Source: Leucoraja erinacea
Taxonomy: Eukaryota
Assembly (NCBI RefSeq): GCF_028641065.1
Contig: NC_073378.1
Coordinates: forward strand, 85,498,001-85,562,000
Reading direction: 5' to 3'
DNA: 64,000 nucleotides
Shown: positions 13,375 to 26,827 of the stretch, one piece after another
Position numbering within the stretch: position 1 is the stretch's first letter
How the letters are laid out: each line of letters opens with the position of its first letter
Translations under genes and position numbers: made by a program
Notes under the pieces: generated by a model
Told to the model about the DNA's origin: nothing
What the model saw: the letters and a program-made list of their open reading frames with translations, nothing else
Database searches by the model: none

Positions 13375-13660
13375 ATTTGGATATCAGACTTTAAACTACA
13401 GATTATTCTATGATGGAAAGCACTTTGTAGGAGAGAAGCGATTTGAGTCGATCCACGATCTAGTGACTGATGGCTTGATAACACTTTACATAGAAACTAA
13501 AGCATCTGAGTATATTTCAAAGATGACCACAAATCCCATCTATGAGCACATTGGATATGCCACATTGTTGAGAGAACAAACTTCAAAGAGACTGATCAAA
13601 ACAAAGCATGACAGTAGGAAGGTGTCCTTGGTAAATGATGAAAACAGTTCCGTTGATAAG
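13375..13660 (+). CDS. CHN2: beta-chimaerin coding exon (286 bp), SH2 C-half and SH2-C1 linker, [42 protein letters not shown]...SSVDK
   Basis: Acceptor ttttctctttgtag and donor gtaaga; lies within ORF 13304-13720. Beta-type residues [27 protein letters not shown] distinguish it from CHN1. Confidence 0.97.
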
Positions 13661-13934
13661 GTAAGAATTTATATTTACCTGTTTATTATTAAATACATGG
13701 TTGTTTGTGTTATATTTTAGTGTGCAACTTCTTCTAACTTGCAGTCATGTTTGGTTTGAATATTACTGCTAGACCTCTCATTTGTTCTGAATACTTTTTC
13801 ATCATGTTTATTCTGTCATGCCTTGAGGCAGTGTGATTTCAGGGGAGTAAAACTGCTCTCTATCATTCATCTATAGTATGAAAGAAGCATGTGTGGGCTG
13901 ATGTATTTTGGAAGTCAGCTAAGGACTTCCAAAC

Positions 13935-14259
13935 GTGTTCCAGATGTTGGGGGAGTCCAGAACCAGGGACCACAGTTTAAGAATAAGGGGTAAGCCATTT
14001 AGATCGGAGACGAGGAAACACTTTTTCTCACTGAGAGTTGTGAGTCTGCGGAATTCTCTGCCTCACAGGGCGATGGAGGCTGGTTCTCTGGATAGTTTCA
14101 AGAGAGAGCTAGATGGGGCTCTTAAAAATAGCAGAGTCAGGGGATATGGGGAGAAGGCAGGAACGGGGTACTGAATGGGGATGATCAGCCATGATCACAT
14201 TGAATAACGGTGCTGGCTCGAAGGGCCGAATGGCCTACTCCTGCACCTATTGTCTATTG
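13935..14259 (+). mobile_element. CR1/HER1 3' end
   Basis: Near-identical to 53636-53950; tail cctattgtctattg. Confidence 0.9.
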
Positions 14260-15111
14260 CCGTGCTGATTGACTGGACTGTGAGTCTACACTACAAACCG
14301 TGGCTCACACTGGAAGTGGCGCTCACTCCGGAAGTGGCGCTCACTCCGGATGTCCCTCTCACTCCAGATGACCCGCTCAGTCTGGAGGCCACGCTCAGTC
14401 GCGTGAGTAGATTCAGGAGTGCTTTACTGTGATATATATATGTCCCGTGTGTGCGATGGAGGGTGTGAGTGATGGACTGTGGTGTGACTGTGTGCGTGAG
14501 AGAGATGGAGAGATGGTGTGTGTGTGTGTGTGTGTGAGAGTATGTGTGAGAGTGATGGAGGGGGTGTGTGTGTGTGAGATGGAGGGTATGTGCGAGAGAT
14601 GGAAGGTATGAGTGTGTGTGTGTGAGATGGAGCGTGTGGGTGTGAATGTGTGAGAGATGGAGTGTGTGTGTGTGTGAGATGGAGCGTGTGGGTGCGGCTG
14701 TGTGTGTGTGTGATGGAGGGTATGAGTGTGAGGGTATGAGTGTGTGTGTGTGTGAGGGTGTGTGTGTGTGTGTGAGCCCACCAGCCGTGACTGATCTGCC
14801 AGCCCACCAGCCGTGACTGATCTGCCAGCCCACCAGCCGTGACTGAACTGCCAGCCCACCAGCCGTGACTGAACTGCCAGCCCACCAGCTGTGACTGACT
14901 GAACTGCGAGTCCCAATAATCCGTTCGGCCCACAATGTCCATACTAGCCCTCTGGAAACTAGTCCCTTTGGTCCACAAAACCCATAATAGCATTCAAGAA
15001 AGCCCCCCCCCACTGGCCACCAGTATTGAATTGGTGGAGAGTTGGAATATTGCGTTGGGGGACCAGCCCTCCCGTGTGAGAATGTGACCCAAAGGAGCCC
15101 ACTTAGTCTAG
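14260..15111 (+). mobile_element. 5'-incomplete non-autonomous Helitron with internal minisatellites
   Basis: 3' ~200 bp homologous to 33060-33268, ending cccacttagtCTAG|T. Contains 18-bp, TG-rich and ~25-bp tandem arrays. Confidence 0.8.
14445..14775 (+). repeat. TG/GA-rich compound microsatellite inside the Helitron
   Basis: (tg)n tracts interrupted by gagatggag. Confidence 0.95.
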
Positions 15112-15689
15112 TAATATATATAGATTAAATAGATAGACAGAATCAGAGGGCATAGGTTTAAGGTGAGAGGAAGGAATTCAAAGGGAATTTGAGGGGAAAG
15201 ATTGTTTACGCCATAAAGCTGTTGATATCTGGAACATACTGCCAGAGCAGGTGGTGGAGTTAGATACAATCGCTGTTTAATGAATATTTAGGCACATCTG
15301 TACAGGCAAGGGATGGAAAGATATGGACTGTGCACAAATCAGAATAGTATAGACGGCAAAGAGTTGGCATGGAGATGATGGGCCAAAGTATCTGTGCTGT
15401 GATACTAGGACTTTGGTTCATATTTGTTGTAATGCAATTCTAATTATGTTTTGTTGTTACCTCAGTCATGCTTTTCATTTTCCAGTACATTTATTATGAA
15501 TGTCACATTGTGAGACTGGCCATGCATTTAAATGCACAGAGGATACACAAGTCTGTTCTTCATAACTGGCTGACTCCACATGCAATTGCAATTGATTGGA
15601 AAATAACGTGATGCAGTCAACGCATTATATGAACTCGTTGTTCAGTAGTAGATGTGAAACTCTTGGCTGAACATTTTTATGATCTTAAT

Positions 15690-16920
15690 TTATAACCATA
15701 TATAACCATATAACAAATACAGCATGGAAACAGGCCATCTTGGGCCTTCTAGTCCGTGCCGAACACTTATTCTCCCGTAGTCCCATCTACCTCCACTCAG
15801 ACCATAACCCTCCATTCCTTTCCTGTCCATATACCTATACAATTTATTTTTAAATGATAAAATCGAACCTGCCTCTACCACTTCCACTGGAAGCTCATTC
15901 CACACAGCTACCACTCTCTGAGTAAAGAAGTTCCCCCTCATGTTACCTCTAAACTTCTGTCCCTTAATTCTCAAGTCATGTCCTCTTGTTTGAATCTTCC
16001 CTACTCTCAGTGGGAAAAGCTTATCCACGTTAACTCTGTCTATCCCTCTCATCATTTTAAAGACCTCTATCAAGTCCCCCCTTAACCTTCTGGGCTCCAA
16101 AGAATAAAGACCTAACTTGTTCAACCTTTCTCTGTAACTTGGTTGCTGAAACCCAGGCAACATTCTAGTAAATCTCCTCTGTACTCTCTCTATTTTGTTG
16201 ACATCCTTCCTATAATTAGGCGATCAAAATTGTACACCATACTCCAGAATTGGCCTCACCAATGCCTTGTACAATTTTAACATTACATCCCAACTTCTAT
16301 ACTCAATGCTCTGATTTATAAGGGCCAGCACACCAAAAGCTTTCTTTACCACCCTATCTACATGAGATTCCACCTTCAGGGAACTGTGCACAGTTATTCC
16401 TAGATCCCTCTGTTCAACTGCATTCCTCAACTCACTACCATTTACCATGTACGTCCTATTTTGATTTGTCCTGCCAAGATGTAGCACCTCACACTTATCA
16501 GCATTAAACTCCATCTGCCATCTTTCAGCCCACTCTTCCAAATGGCCTAAATCTCTCTGTAGACTTTGAAAATCTACTTCATTATCCACAACACCACCTA
16601 TCTTAGTATCATCTGCATACTTACTAATCCAATTTACCATACCATCATCCAGATCATTGATGTACATGACAAACAACAGTGGACCCAACACAGATCCCTG
16701 TGGCACCCCACTAGTCACCGGCCTCCAACCTGACAAACAGCCATCCACCATTACTCTCTGGCATCTCCCATTCAGCCACTGTTGAATCCATCTTGCTACT
16801 CCACCATTAATACCCAACAATTGAACCTTCTTAACCAACCTTCCATGAGGAACTTTGTCAAAGGCCTTACTGAAGTCCATATATACAACATCCACTACTT
16901 TACCCTCATCAATTTCCCAA
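15690..16920 (-). mobile_element. CR1-clade LINE 3' half with (ataaccat)n tail
   Basis: ORFs 16224-16895 and 15690-16163 encode the RT and C-terminus. Same subfamily as 37965-39530. Confidence 0.95.
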
Positions 16921-17802
16921 TTTAAATCTCCCCATCATTCTTCTAAGCTCCAGCGAGTACAGGCCCAGAGCCATCATCTGTGGATTGACCTCTTATTGAT
17001 GAATGAAAACGTTTTTTCCCCCCATTTAGCCTGTTTCAGATACCAACTGCTCACACGCAGGCTTTGGTGTCCTAATATCTCCACTTAATGTGTTCAAAAA
17101 AAAAAAGAGCAAACCTCACCTTTGTGTATTTGTAGGCAACTCCTGTTCTCCTCCGGCAACACCCTGTCACCTTTGGCAAAATATTCCCTTCGTTTCTGTT
17201 TGAAATATTTGTAGCAAGTTGGCTAAACTGAGGAAGGACAAATGAAAATTAAGCTGTTTTTTTAAATAAAAACAACAGGTAAAATGAAGTTTGGGATATA
17301 GAATATTTCAGATCAATCATTTTTGATTGAAAAATATTGTTCCAAGGAAACATGATTTATTCAATAAGGGGTCAGGTTAGCCAGCAAATGCACGGAGTAA
17401 GGACTCAAGGCATTAGTGTGCTACCTTAGCTGGGACAGATTTGAGTAAGAAACAGAAAACACATTGGGAATAAATGGGGCATATTTAGGTAAATGCATTT
17501 TAACAAGCAAGATGGAAGAGGGATCAGAGCCCAGTGTATAAAGTGATCTGGTTGTCCTTGTATATGATATGTGGAATGTGAGCATGCAGGTGCAGCATGT
17601 ACTTAGGAAGGCAATGTTTGCCTTTATTGAAATGGAGATGTAGAATATGTGTAATGATGTTTTACAGTAACTATATGGGAAGCTGAGAAGGCCACATCTG
17701 ATCTACTGTGCACAATTTGAGTCTCCTTATTTAAAGAGGCTTTATGTGGAAACAGGGTTTGCCTGGTTGATTCCCCGAATTAAGAGGTTGGCTAATGCGA
17801 AA

Positions 17803-17930
17803 AGAAGAAAGGTCTCGACCCAAAACGTTGGCTATTTCCTTCGCTCCATAGATGCTGCCTCACCCGCTGAGTTTCTCCAGCATTTTTCTCTACCTTCGAT
17901 TTTCCAGCATCTGCAGTTCCCTCTTAAACA
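17803..17930 (+). mobile_element. short PLE-derived 3' end inserted into a decayed CR1
   Basis: ggtctcgacccaaaacgtt...gatgctgcctcacccgctgagtttctccagca, near-identical to 4766-4845. Confidence 0.8.
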
Positions 17931-19045
17931 AGAAGTAGGAACCAATCTCTTTTGGAGTTCAGTGGAATGTAGGTTTTCCTATGCAAGATTCTGTGGAAAC
18001 TTAAACATGGTAGGTATTGATGCACATATCTAAATCTGGTGGTCACAGTTTTAGATAGAAGGTACCCTATTTAAAATGGAGATAAATAGAAAGCCTTTGG
18101 AATTTGCAACTTAGAGAGTTATTGAGGCAGAGTCATTAAACATAAGCAAGGCTTTTTGGCAGATTTATTTGACTACAGATGCTTACGGCTTGTGGGACAT
18201 AAAATAAAGCAGTATTAAGACAAGGAATGCATTTTGCTGAATTATGCTGCAGGGTCAAAGGATATTATGGCCTACTTCTGCTCCTATTTCTCAATCAAGC
18301 TAACTGTATTCTGGTTTTATTGTAGAAAGATCGTAAATATTCCAACTGAACAAAGTGATGTATATCAAATTATAAAACCATGAAAGGGATTTAAGTAGTG
18401 TGGAGTCTGTGCACCTTGTAAAGTTTTTGCTCTTTCCTGTTACAATAGATAATTTGAGTTTGGAATCATGGAAGGAATTAGCAATCCACATTTGATTATT
18501 CTTTTGAAACATGCTTTTTAAGATAAGAAAAATAATTATTTTTGGCATCGCTTTAAAACATAATGAAATATTCTATTATGTGATGTTACAGCACAAGCTT
18601 TTCCAGGAATATGCATCTGTGAACATATATTGAATCTGTGTGCATTATCTAAAGAATAATTGTATTTACAATCTCATCGTATGATTGAGATGTTTAGATA
18701 TTATCTACTGAAAGCAATAGAAAAAAAAACTATCTTCTGTATCCCAAGTGGCAGCTGTGAAACTACATTCCAAACTGAAATAGAAATAGAAATTCTTGGA
18801 AATATGAAGGCTTTTTAATCTAATACCAGAAACATACAGAGATCTAAAACAAACTGCTTTTCCCTTCTCGATGTTATTGTCATAGCAACATGGTTACTGG
18901 AATAGACTGCTCAGTCATTCAATTGTATCATGAGCTACAGCTCTCGATCATATTCCTGAAAATGTTGCACTGTAATTTGGCACCTTGCTGCTTTGCACCC
19001 GTCATTGTATTATTTATTGTTGCATTGATCATCACCATCTATATT

Positions 19046-19269
19046 ATTGTGTAAGAAGGAACTGCAGATGCTGGGTTAAACCAAAGATAGACACAAAAAG
19101 CTGGAATAATTCAGTGGGACAGGCAGCATCTCTGGAGAGAAGGAATGGGTGACATTTTGGGTCGAGACCCTTCTTCATACTGGTTAAGGGAAAAGAAAGA
19201 TATAGACAGTGATGTGGAGAGATAAAGAACAATGAATGAAAGATATGTAAAAAAAGTAACGATGATAAA
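19046..19269 (-). mobile_element. short PLE-derived hammerhead-bearing element
   Basis: TSD accatctatatt at 19034-19045 and 19270-19281. Reverse complement reads atgaagaagggtctcgacccaaaatgtc. Confidence 0.85.
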
Positions 19270-19904
19270 ACCATCTATATTGTTTATTCTGTACTCTTGC
19301 TTTCATGTGAACAATGACTTTAATTGTATCCTGTTGTATATGACAATAAACTAATCTGAATCGGCTCTCCTCATTTAAGGAACATCATTAGTGTGTTGAA
19401 AGCAATTCAAAGAATTGCCCTGAACTAATGAATGGGCCTGGGTTAGGTTGGCAAGGCTTGTATTTGTCAGAATATGCAAATGACTGAAATATACAAGATC
19501 CTGAGCGGTCTTCACATGGTGCTTGTGGACAAGGTCAGAGAGTCTGAGAATCAAAGAGAGGTACCACATGGAAACTGAATCTGTGCAGACCATAAAAATG
19601 CACTCCATTTTATACTAATCCTACGCCAACCTATTCTGTTCACATTCCCATCAGATACTCCCCCTCTGATTCTCCTATCATTTGGACAATCTTCAATTGA
19701 TTGGCACAATTAGACAACCAACCCTCATAGTTTTGGGATGTGGGAGTAAACGGAACAGCCAAAGGAAATTCATGTGATCACAAGGAAAATGTCAATGTGT
19801 TTCCTCTTGTGGGAGAACCTAGAATAAGAGCTTACTGTTCTTCATTCTCCCACAAAAGATTTTTATTTAAGATTGTTTAGAAAGCTTTTTCTTTCTGAGA
19901 ATCA

Positions 19905-20216
19905 GAAGTTTAGTTTAGATTAGATACAGCGCGAAAACAGGCCCTTTGGCCTACATCGAGTCCGCGCCAACCAGTGATCCCTGCACATTAACACTATCCT
20001 GCACACACTAGGAACAATTTACGCATACACAAAGCCAATTAACCTATATACCTGTACGTCTTAGGATTGTGGGAGGAAACTGAAGATCTCTGACAAAACC
20101 CATGCATTTACGGGGGGAACGTACAAACTCCATACAGACAGCACCCGTAGTCGGGATTGAACCTTGGACTCCGGCGCAGCAAGCGCTGTAATGCAGCAAC
20201 TCTCCCGCTGCGCCAT
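19905..20216 (-). mobile_element. HE1-like SINE
   Basis: Reverse complement of the 45216-45495 type, with a tttag-repeat tail. Confidence 0.8.
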
Positions 20217-20304
20217 TGTTCTTTCACAATGGCCAATGAAAACTGAGTCTTGAAATGTTTTCAGTCGGGGGAGTTGAAAGGTAGATGGAAATGGAGAGTC
20301 GAGA

Positions 20305-20600
20305 TCAGCACGGTGCCACAGCAGATTATGCTGCTGTCTCTCGGCTTCAGAATTTAATTTTGAGCTCTGATGTGCAGTTTGCACATTCTCCCTTTCATGC
20401 ATGGGTTTCTGCAAGGGGCTCTGGTTGCCATCTGCATTCCAAGGACGTACTAATTCTTAGGTTAATTAGGTGCTGGAAATTACCCCTAATTAAGGTCAGT
20501 GGTTGGAGAATCGATGGACACTTGAGAGAATAGGGTCAGGGGTATAAATGGGGAATTAGATATTATTCCCATTGACTTAATAAGCTAAACGGAGTCTTTC
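20305..20600 (+). mobile_element. older HE1-like SINE, head-to-head with the 19905 copy
   Basis: cagcacggtgccacagc head and gtttgcacattctcc core. Confidence 0.6.
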
Positions 20601-21378
20601 AATCAGAAGATGAGAGATGTAGGGATATGAACAGGTGAATACAGAGCAATGTGTAATAAAGAATAGACGGTGAGAGAATTGAGTTATGAAATTACCTTGC
20701 TGTGTAAGTAATAATGACAAAAACATATTGGAAATCCTCAATAGGGCAGTTACCTTCTGTGCAAAATACCTCCAGACCAGCTACGAGCTTCCGGCATATT
20801 TTGCTATTGTTATATACTTTCCGTATTTTTAGATGGGAGAGGTTATTTTTCCCCACGAACACATCAATACATGACTAAGTCAAGGAGGATGATGGGTATT
20901 TGAAACATGAAGCATGCAGCTGTATATTTCCACAGTCTTGACCTGGCCTCTTCAGAGTGAGAGGGTGTGGGAAAAGTTGTCTCAATTGTCGGGGTGAGAG
21001 GGGGGACAGTCTTCTTCAGCTAACGTTTAAACAATAAAACCACACGTTAGAATTCTGAAATAAAGTAGAAAATTCTGAAAATCTCACCATGCCAGGCTGC
21101 ATCTATGGAAAGCAAAACAAGAGTGAAAGTTTCAAGTCTGAGACCCTTTATCAGAACCATGAAAGAAGAAAAAAAAAACAAGTTAACCTGCAGTTGCAGA
21201 GAAGATGGATGGGATAAAAGGGAATATCTCCGTTAGGATGAAACCAAATTAAATACAGATTATGATTATTTGTGTTACATTGCAAAAAGCCAGACTGTTG
21301 TAGATGCTTGAGATTAATCATTGATTTCAGAAAGGGGAAGTTGCATTGCAATGGTGGGCTGGCAGTGGAGAGAGTTAA

Positions 21379-21918
21379 GGGCCTATCTCACTATGGCGAC
21401 CTTATTTACGAGTTCAGGAGAGTTTGCGCTCACCACAAGCTCGCAGCATGGTCAAAGCGTGGTCGTAGGTGGTCAATGGTAAGTCTCCTTCAAGGTCGAG
21501 AGGAGTTCCCGCATAGTGGTTACTACTCGCGGAAATATTTTCAACAAGCTGAAATCTTTTCAACCGCTTTCCCTGGCCCCTGCTTTTGCGATNNNNNNNN
21601 NNNNNNNNNNNNNNNNNNNNNNNNNNNNNNNNNNNNNNNNNNNNNNNNNNNNNNNNNNNNNNNNNNNNNNNNNNNNNNNNNNNNNNNNNNNNNNNNNNNN
21701 NNNNNNNNNNNNNNNNNNNNNNNNNNNNNNNNNNNNNNNNNNNNNCCAGCTTGCGGTTTTTCAGCCGAGTGCCCCGAGCATGAAGGTCGCAGACAGTTTG
21801 CTGAAAAAGTCAATGCCTCATTCTTCAAAGTAAAAAAAATGGCATCACTGAATACTCTCATAAACTTCTACAGATGTTCCTGATGAGAAACACCCCGGAG
21901 GGAAGTGGGACAGGCCAT
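21379..21918. mobile_element. PIF/Harbinger-like MITE spanning an assembly gap, inserted in a Rex/Babar fragment
   Basis: Imperfect TIR gggcctatctcact / agtgggacaggcca with (T)TAA duplicated. Host frame IIDFRK...AVERV resumes after the element. Confidence 0.6.
21593..21745. other. assembly gap (153 N)
   Basis: Run of n characters. Confidence 1.
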
Positions 21919-24254
21919 TTAACAACTGGACATTCATTCTTTGGGTGACATGCCCTGGGCCCAGCATGTAGATGTAATTATGAAGAATGTACACCAATGC
22001 CTCTTTCTTCAAAGTAAAAAAAATGGCATGTCACTGAATACTCTCATAAACCTCTACAGATGCACTGTAGAAACAACCCTGACTGGTTACATCTGGCTGT
22101 TGTGGTTTATTTCCAACAAGGGAATGCAAGAGATTGCAGAGAGTGGTGGACTCAGCCCATCCATTGTGGGCACAGCTTTCCCCACCATTGAATTATACAA
22201 TTTATGTATAATTTATGTTTTTATGTGCTGTATGAGTCCACGTACCTGTGATTGTGATGCAAGCAAGATTTTAATTGTACCTGCACCTCACCATAAGATG
22301 ATACATTTGACTTGACTTGCCCAGCAGATCAGTCTATACCAAATAAAAGAGTAGTCCTTGAAAAGCAGGATTTTGAGAATAAAACTTGTGAATTGTTGTT
22401 GGATATATGCATCTAATTCATTCAGGTTTCAGAACTACTGAAGTGCAGTTCACTCTATGCTCTGAAATGTGATTGCAAACTAAGGGCATTAGCGATAGAC
22501 AATAATTGCTGGGTTTTTTTGTGACACCTAAACCAATGAATGAAAAACAAATCCTGTGCAATAATCAATGGCTATCAATTGTAAAAATAGAATGCAATTG
22601 CAATAAATATCATAAAAAAAACTGCATTACATTAATGGTAAGGAATCTGAAGAGTGCACAGTTATAATTAACTGTATTCTTGGGTATGGCCTTGCATTGC
22701 TTATCAATAGTCTCTCATGTCCAAATTACCTGGCCTTAGCTGTCAACTCGTATGCAGTGGAGCAAGTTGACCCATAGCTAAACCTTTGCTACAGTATGAC
22801 AACATAATTATTGTAGTCCTAGAAGCTTGGCGCCAAGAGTCCCTAAGCGATCTGCGAAGAAAATGAAAATAAATAGGGATGCAAATAATTAGATTTTTTT
22901 AAAGAGAAAATAAGTGTACAGAAAGGAACATTGTGCACAAAGAAACAACATTATTCTAGAATGAATCAATGTCATATTGGAGTGAAAGACAAACATGAGA
23001 TAATTACCAAAAGGGAAACAACAAGAAATTGCCATGGGTATATATTATCGCAGATGAGAAAATCACTGCAAATTATTAAGAGTCATGAAATTGCAATGAA
23101 AGGAGTGAAAAATAATTTGGAGTGTACACGACATTGTCATTTTTGCTGGGGTTTTTCCAGTGTACCACTTGCTTTTACTGATATAAAAATGTAATCCAAT
23201 TCAGATTTCATCTTTGATAAAATTTAAATTGCACTCTAATTCTTTGTGCCTACTTACCTCCGCAGAGCTGCATTTATCAAAAAACTTTCAACTATAATTG
23301 AGAAACCTATATTATTTCATTACCATAGAAATGAGCAATACAGATATTTAATTGCTTGATCTGCTCAGCTGAACTTTTGCTTTTATGTTCCACCAGTAAC
23401 ATTATGGCATTGTAAGTACTTCTGTTATTTCAGTGCCTTCTAATTCTGCATAGGGCCATTTTGGATTCAAATCTAAATCCCAGTCTATTAAATAGGAAGG
23501 TAAATTATACCCTAGGTTTTGGACTTTGCACATCTGAAAATAAATTACCTGTAATTAGCTTTGATAGATATGTCAATGCTAATGATCTTATTAATGCAAT
23601 CTATAACTTTCAAAAATCCAGAATTGGTGGCATGGATACAAATTATATTTAATAAAAAGCCTGAATTAATTACTTGTATCACATACTTCCATATATGTCA
23701 CTCGCATGTTCACAAATATTGAGTTATTTTTGTACCCTAATGTAAGATTACAGTCGCAAAATAACCGGATCCCCAAACAGCGCATTTCTGTTTATATTTT
23801 GATCTATCATTATTTTTGTAACAAGCTTGGCAAACCTTAACACTTTCTTTCCACAAGCTTTAGTATTGGACACTCCAACTATTTAGGTTTAATTAAAATT
23901 TATATTTATTGAAACCTTTCAAATAAAATCAGGAAAAATAAACAGCTATACTATTACGTAAAATAATCATTCCATTCTTCTGCATAGCTTTTGTAAAGTC
24001 CAGGGGGGATTGTATTTTATTGCACTGAAATAACATTAGCACCAAAACAAAAGCCATCCATTTATCCATTTTGTGGTAAAGCACACATGTAGCAGTGTGC
24101 TTTACCGTTGGCTCATTATTGTAGCCAACCAATATGGTTACATTAAGAAACAGCATCAATCAGTAGATAACAATCATAAATACCCAGTTATGTTTAGGTT
24201 TATCCTACAGGTCAATACCTGATTGCTTTATTTTTTTAGTATACATGATTAGAT

Positions 24255-25620
24255 AATGTCGCCCATTCCTTCTCTCCAGAGATGCCGCTTCACCTGCTGA
24301 GTTACTCCAGCATTTAGTGTCTAGGTATAAAGAGCTGGAGTAACTCAGCAGATTAAGCAGCAACTCTGGAGAACATGTGCAAGTGGCGTTTCAAGTTGAG
24401 ACCCTTCTTCAGAGTGATTGAGGGGGGAGGGGGGAGAAAGCTGGAAGAGGGGAGAGGCAGGTGATAGGTGGATGTTGGTGAGGGTTTTTTTTTAGAAAGG
24501 CAGACGATTGGAACAAAGGCCAGAGAAAAAAACAGGATTGCAGAGTTGCAAAGCTGGAAAGGAGGAAAGTAGCAGGAGGGGAACAATAGGTGGAAGTCTA
24601 GGTGGCATACAAGGGAGGGAAGATGTGAGAGAGAAAGGAAGGGGCGGGTTAGTTGGAGATTGGAGAAATCAATGTTCATACCATTGGGTTGTAAGTTATC
24701 CAAGCAGAATATGAGATGCTGATCCTCACTCTGAGGCACGTGACCTCACTCTGGCAATGGAGGAGGCCCAGGGCACAATGATCAGTTTCAGTTTAGTTTA
24801 TTGTCACGTGTACTGAGGTACAGTAAAATGCTTTTTGTTGCGTGCTAACCAGTCAACAGAAAGACAGTACATGATTACAATCAATCAATTTACAGTGTAT
24901 AGATACATGTTAAGTGAATATTGTTTTGTGCAAGGTAAAGCCAGCAAAGCCCAGTCAAGGATATTCCGAAGGACATCCAAAGAGGTAAATGGTAGTTCAG
25001 CACTGCTCTCTGGTCGTGGAAGGATGATTCAGTTGCCTGATAACAACCGGGAAGAAGCTGTCCTTGAATCTGGTGGAGTGCGTTTTCACAATTCTATGCC
25101 TTTTGCTTAATGGGAGAGGAGAAGAGGGAGAGGCCAGGTTGCAATTTGTCCTTGATTATGTTGCTGGCCTTGCTGAGGCAGTGGGAGGTATAAATTAAAT
25201 CAATAGAAGGAAGGTTGGTTTATGTGATGGCCTGGGCTGCGTACACAATTTGCTGCAATTTCTTACGGTCCTGGATGGAGCTGTTCCCAAAACAAACTGT
25301 GATGCATCCTGATAAAATGCTTTCTATGGTGCATCTGTAGAGGTTGGTGAGAGTTGTCGGGGACATGCCAAACTTCCTAAGCCTTCTAAGGAAGTAGAAG
25401 CGTTGGTGTGCCTTTTTGGTCGTTGCTTCAATATTGGTGGGCCAGGAGAAGTTGTTGGTGATATTGACTCAAGAGGAATTTGAAGATTTTGACCATCTCA
25501 ACTTCGGCACCTTCAATGCAAATGTCAGTATGGGAATGAGACGAGGATATAAAATGGTTAGCAACTGAGAGATCCAGTAGCCCTTGGTGGAACGAGCGCA
25601 AGTGTTTAGCGAAACAAATG
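24255..25620 (-). mobile_element. Penelope-like 3' fragment (minus) split by a Rex/Babar insertion, plus a tail-to-tail plus-strand PLE end at 24255-24325
   Basis: Minus-strand HLIFCL...GMNIDF (24353-24739). The endonuclease continuation FAKHLRS...VANHF lies at 25525-25620. Confidence 0.75.
24780..25520 (-). mobile_element. Rex/Babar-like LINE 3' portion
   Basis: Tail tcagtttcagtttagtttatt on the + strand. Reverse complement encodes FKF(L)..NITNNFSW..NI-type and FLRRLRKFG segments. Confidence 0.7.
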
Positions 25621-26827
25621 TTGTTTTAGTAAGTGGCTTTAACGTCCCCAATTTTGACTACAACTTGCTCAGGGCCAAAAGCATAGACTAGGCAAAATGT
25701 GTGAGGTTTATCCAAGAGGGTTTCTTGAAACAGTATGTGGCTAGTCCATCCTGAGATGAGAACTTTGTGTTGGGAAATGAGCCTGGCCAAGTATCTGGTA
25801 ATTCTGTGGCAGAGCATTTTGGGGATAGTGATCACAACTCCATAAGTTTTAGGTTTGTTTGACTAGGAAGTCGGCTCGACTTTGCAGGAAAGTACTAAAG
25901 TGGAATAAGGTAAAGTATAACTAATTAGGCAGGAGCTCGGGGGGGTACACAGTTATTATAAGCCATTGTAATTGGTTACACTATAAGTAATTGTTATTGG
26001 GCAAGTCAACATCTGACGTGTGGGAGTTATTTAAAGATCACTTGATCGAAGTTCAGATCCAGTATGTTCCAGTGAGGAGGAGGGATGTAGATAGGTAAGT
26101 AAGAGAACTTTAGAGATTATAGATTTGGTCAAATAGAAAAAGGAAGTGCATGCAAGATTTAAAAGCATGGAATCAGTCGGGGTCTTTGAGGAATATAAAT
26201 AACGGAGGTAAGAACTCGACAATTGAAAGAGTAAAGCATGGCCACGAAATGGCTTTGGTGAGTCGGATTGAAGAAAAGATGAGATGAAGGAGATTTTTCA
26301 CACAAATAATTCAGTGTCTGGAATGAGCTGCTAGAAGAAGTGGTAGAGACGGAAACAATGTCAACGTGTATGAGGCATCTGGACAGGTACTTGAATATGT
26401 AATGCATTGATTAGTATGGAATGAATGCAGGCGTGGGATTAGTATAGGTGAGCATGATAGCAAACATAGACATGATCTACCTCCAAATTCATTGTAAAGC
26501 TGGTAGAATGCATCCAGGATAACTACCAGCTGTGTGTTTACCAACTGGAGATGAATTTCGAGCTAACTGTATCTCCATCAATAATTAAATGCTGAAAACA
26601 AAAGATTATGCTGTTGAAAGTTTGTACTTAGTGCTAAGGAGATCGATTTTGCTGAATTAATATATATTGATAAATAGTGACGTAGATTCAAGTAATTTCA
26701 TGACTAATTTAGTCTATTTATTTTAACAAAATAATTTCACACTTTTCAATGGTTTAAATTGGGAACAAAGTTGTGAAATGACATTTCCTGCATTTTTTGG
26801 AAAAGCAACATCCCTATTCTTATATTT

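Noticed and set aside
14291-15013. His/Thr-rich ORFs on the minus strand
   Set aside because: Translation of a TG microsatellite and minisatellites inside a Helitron.
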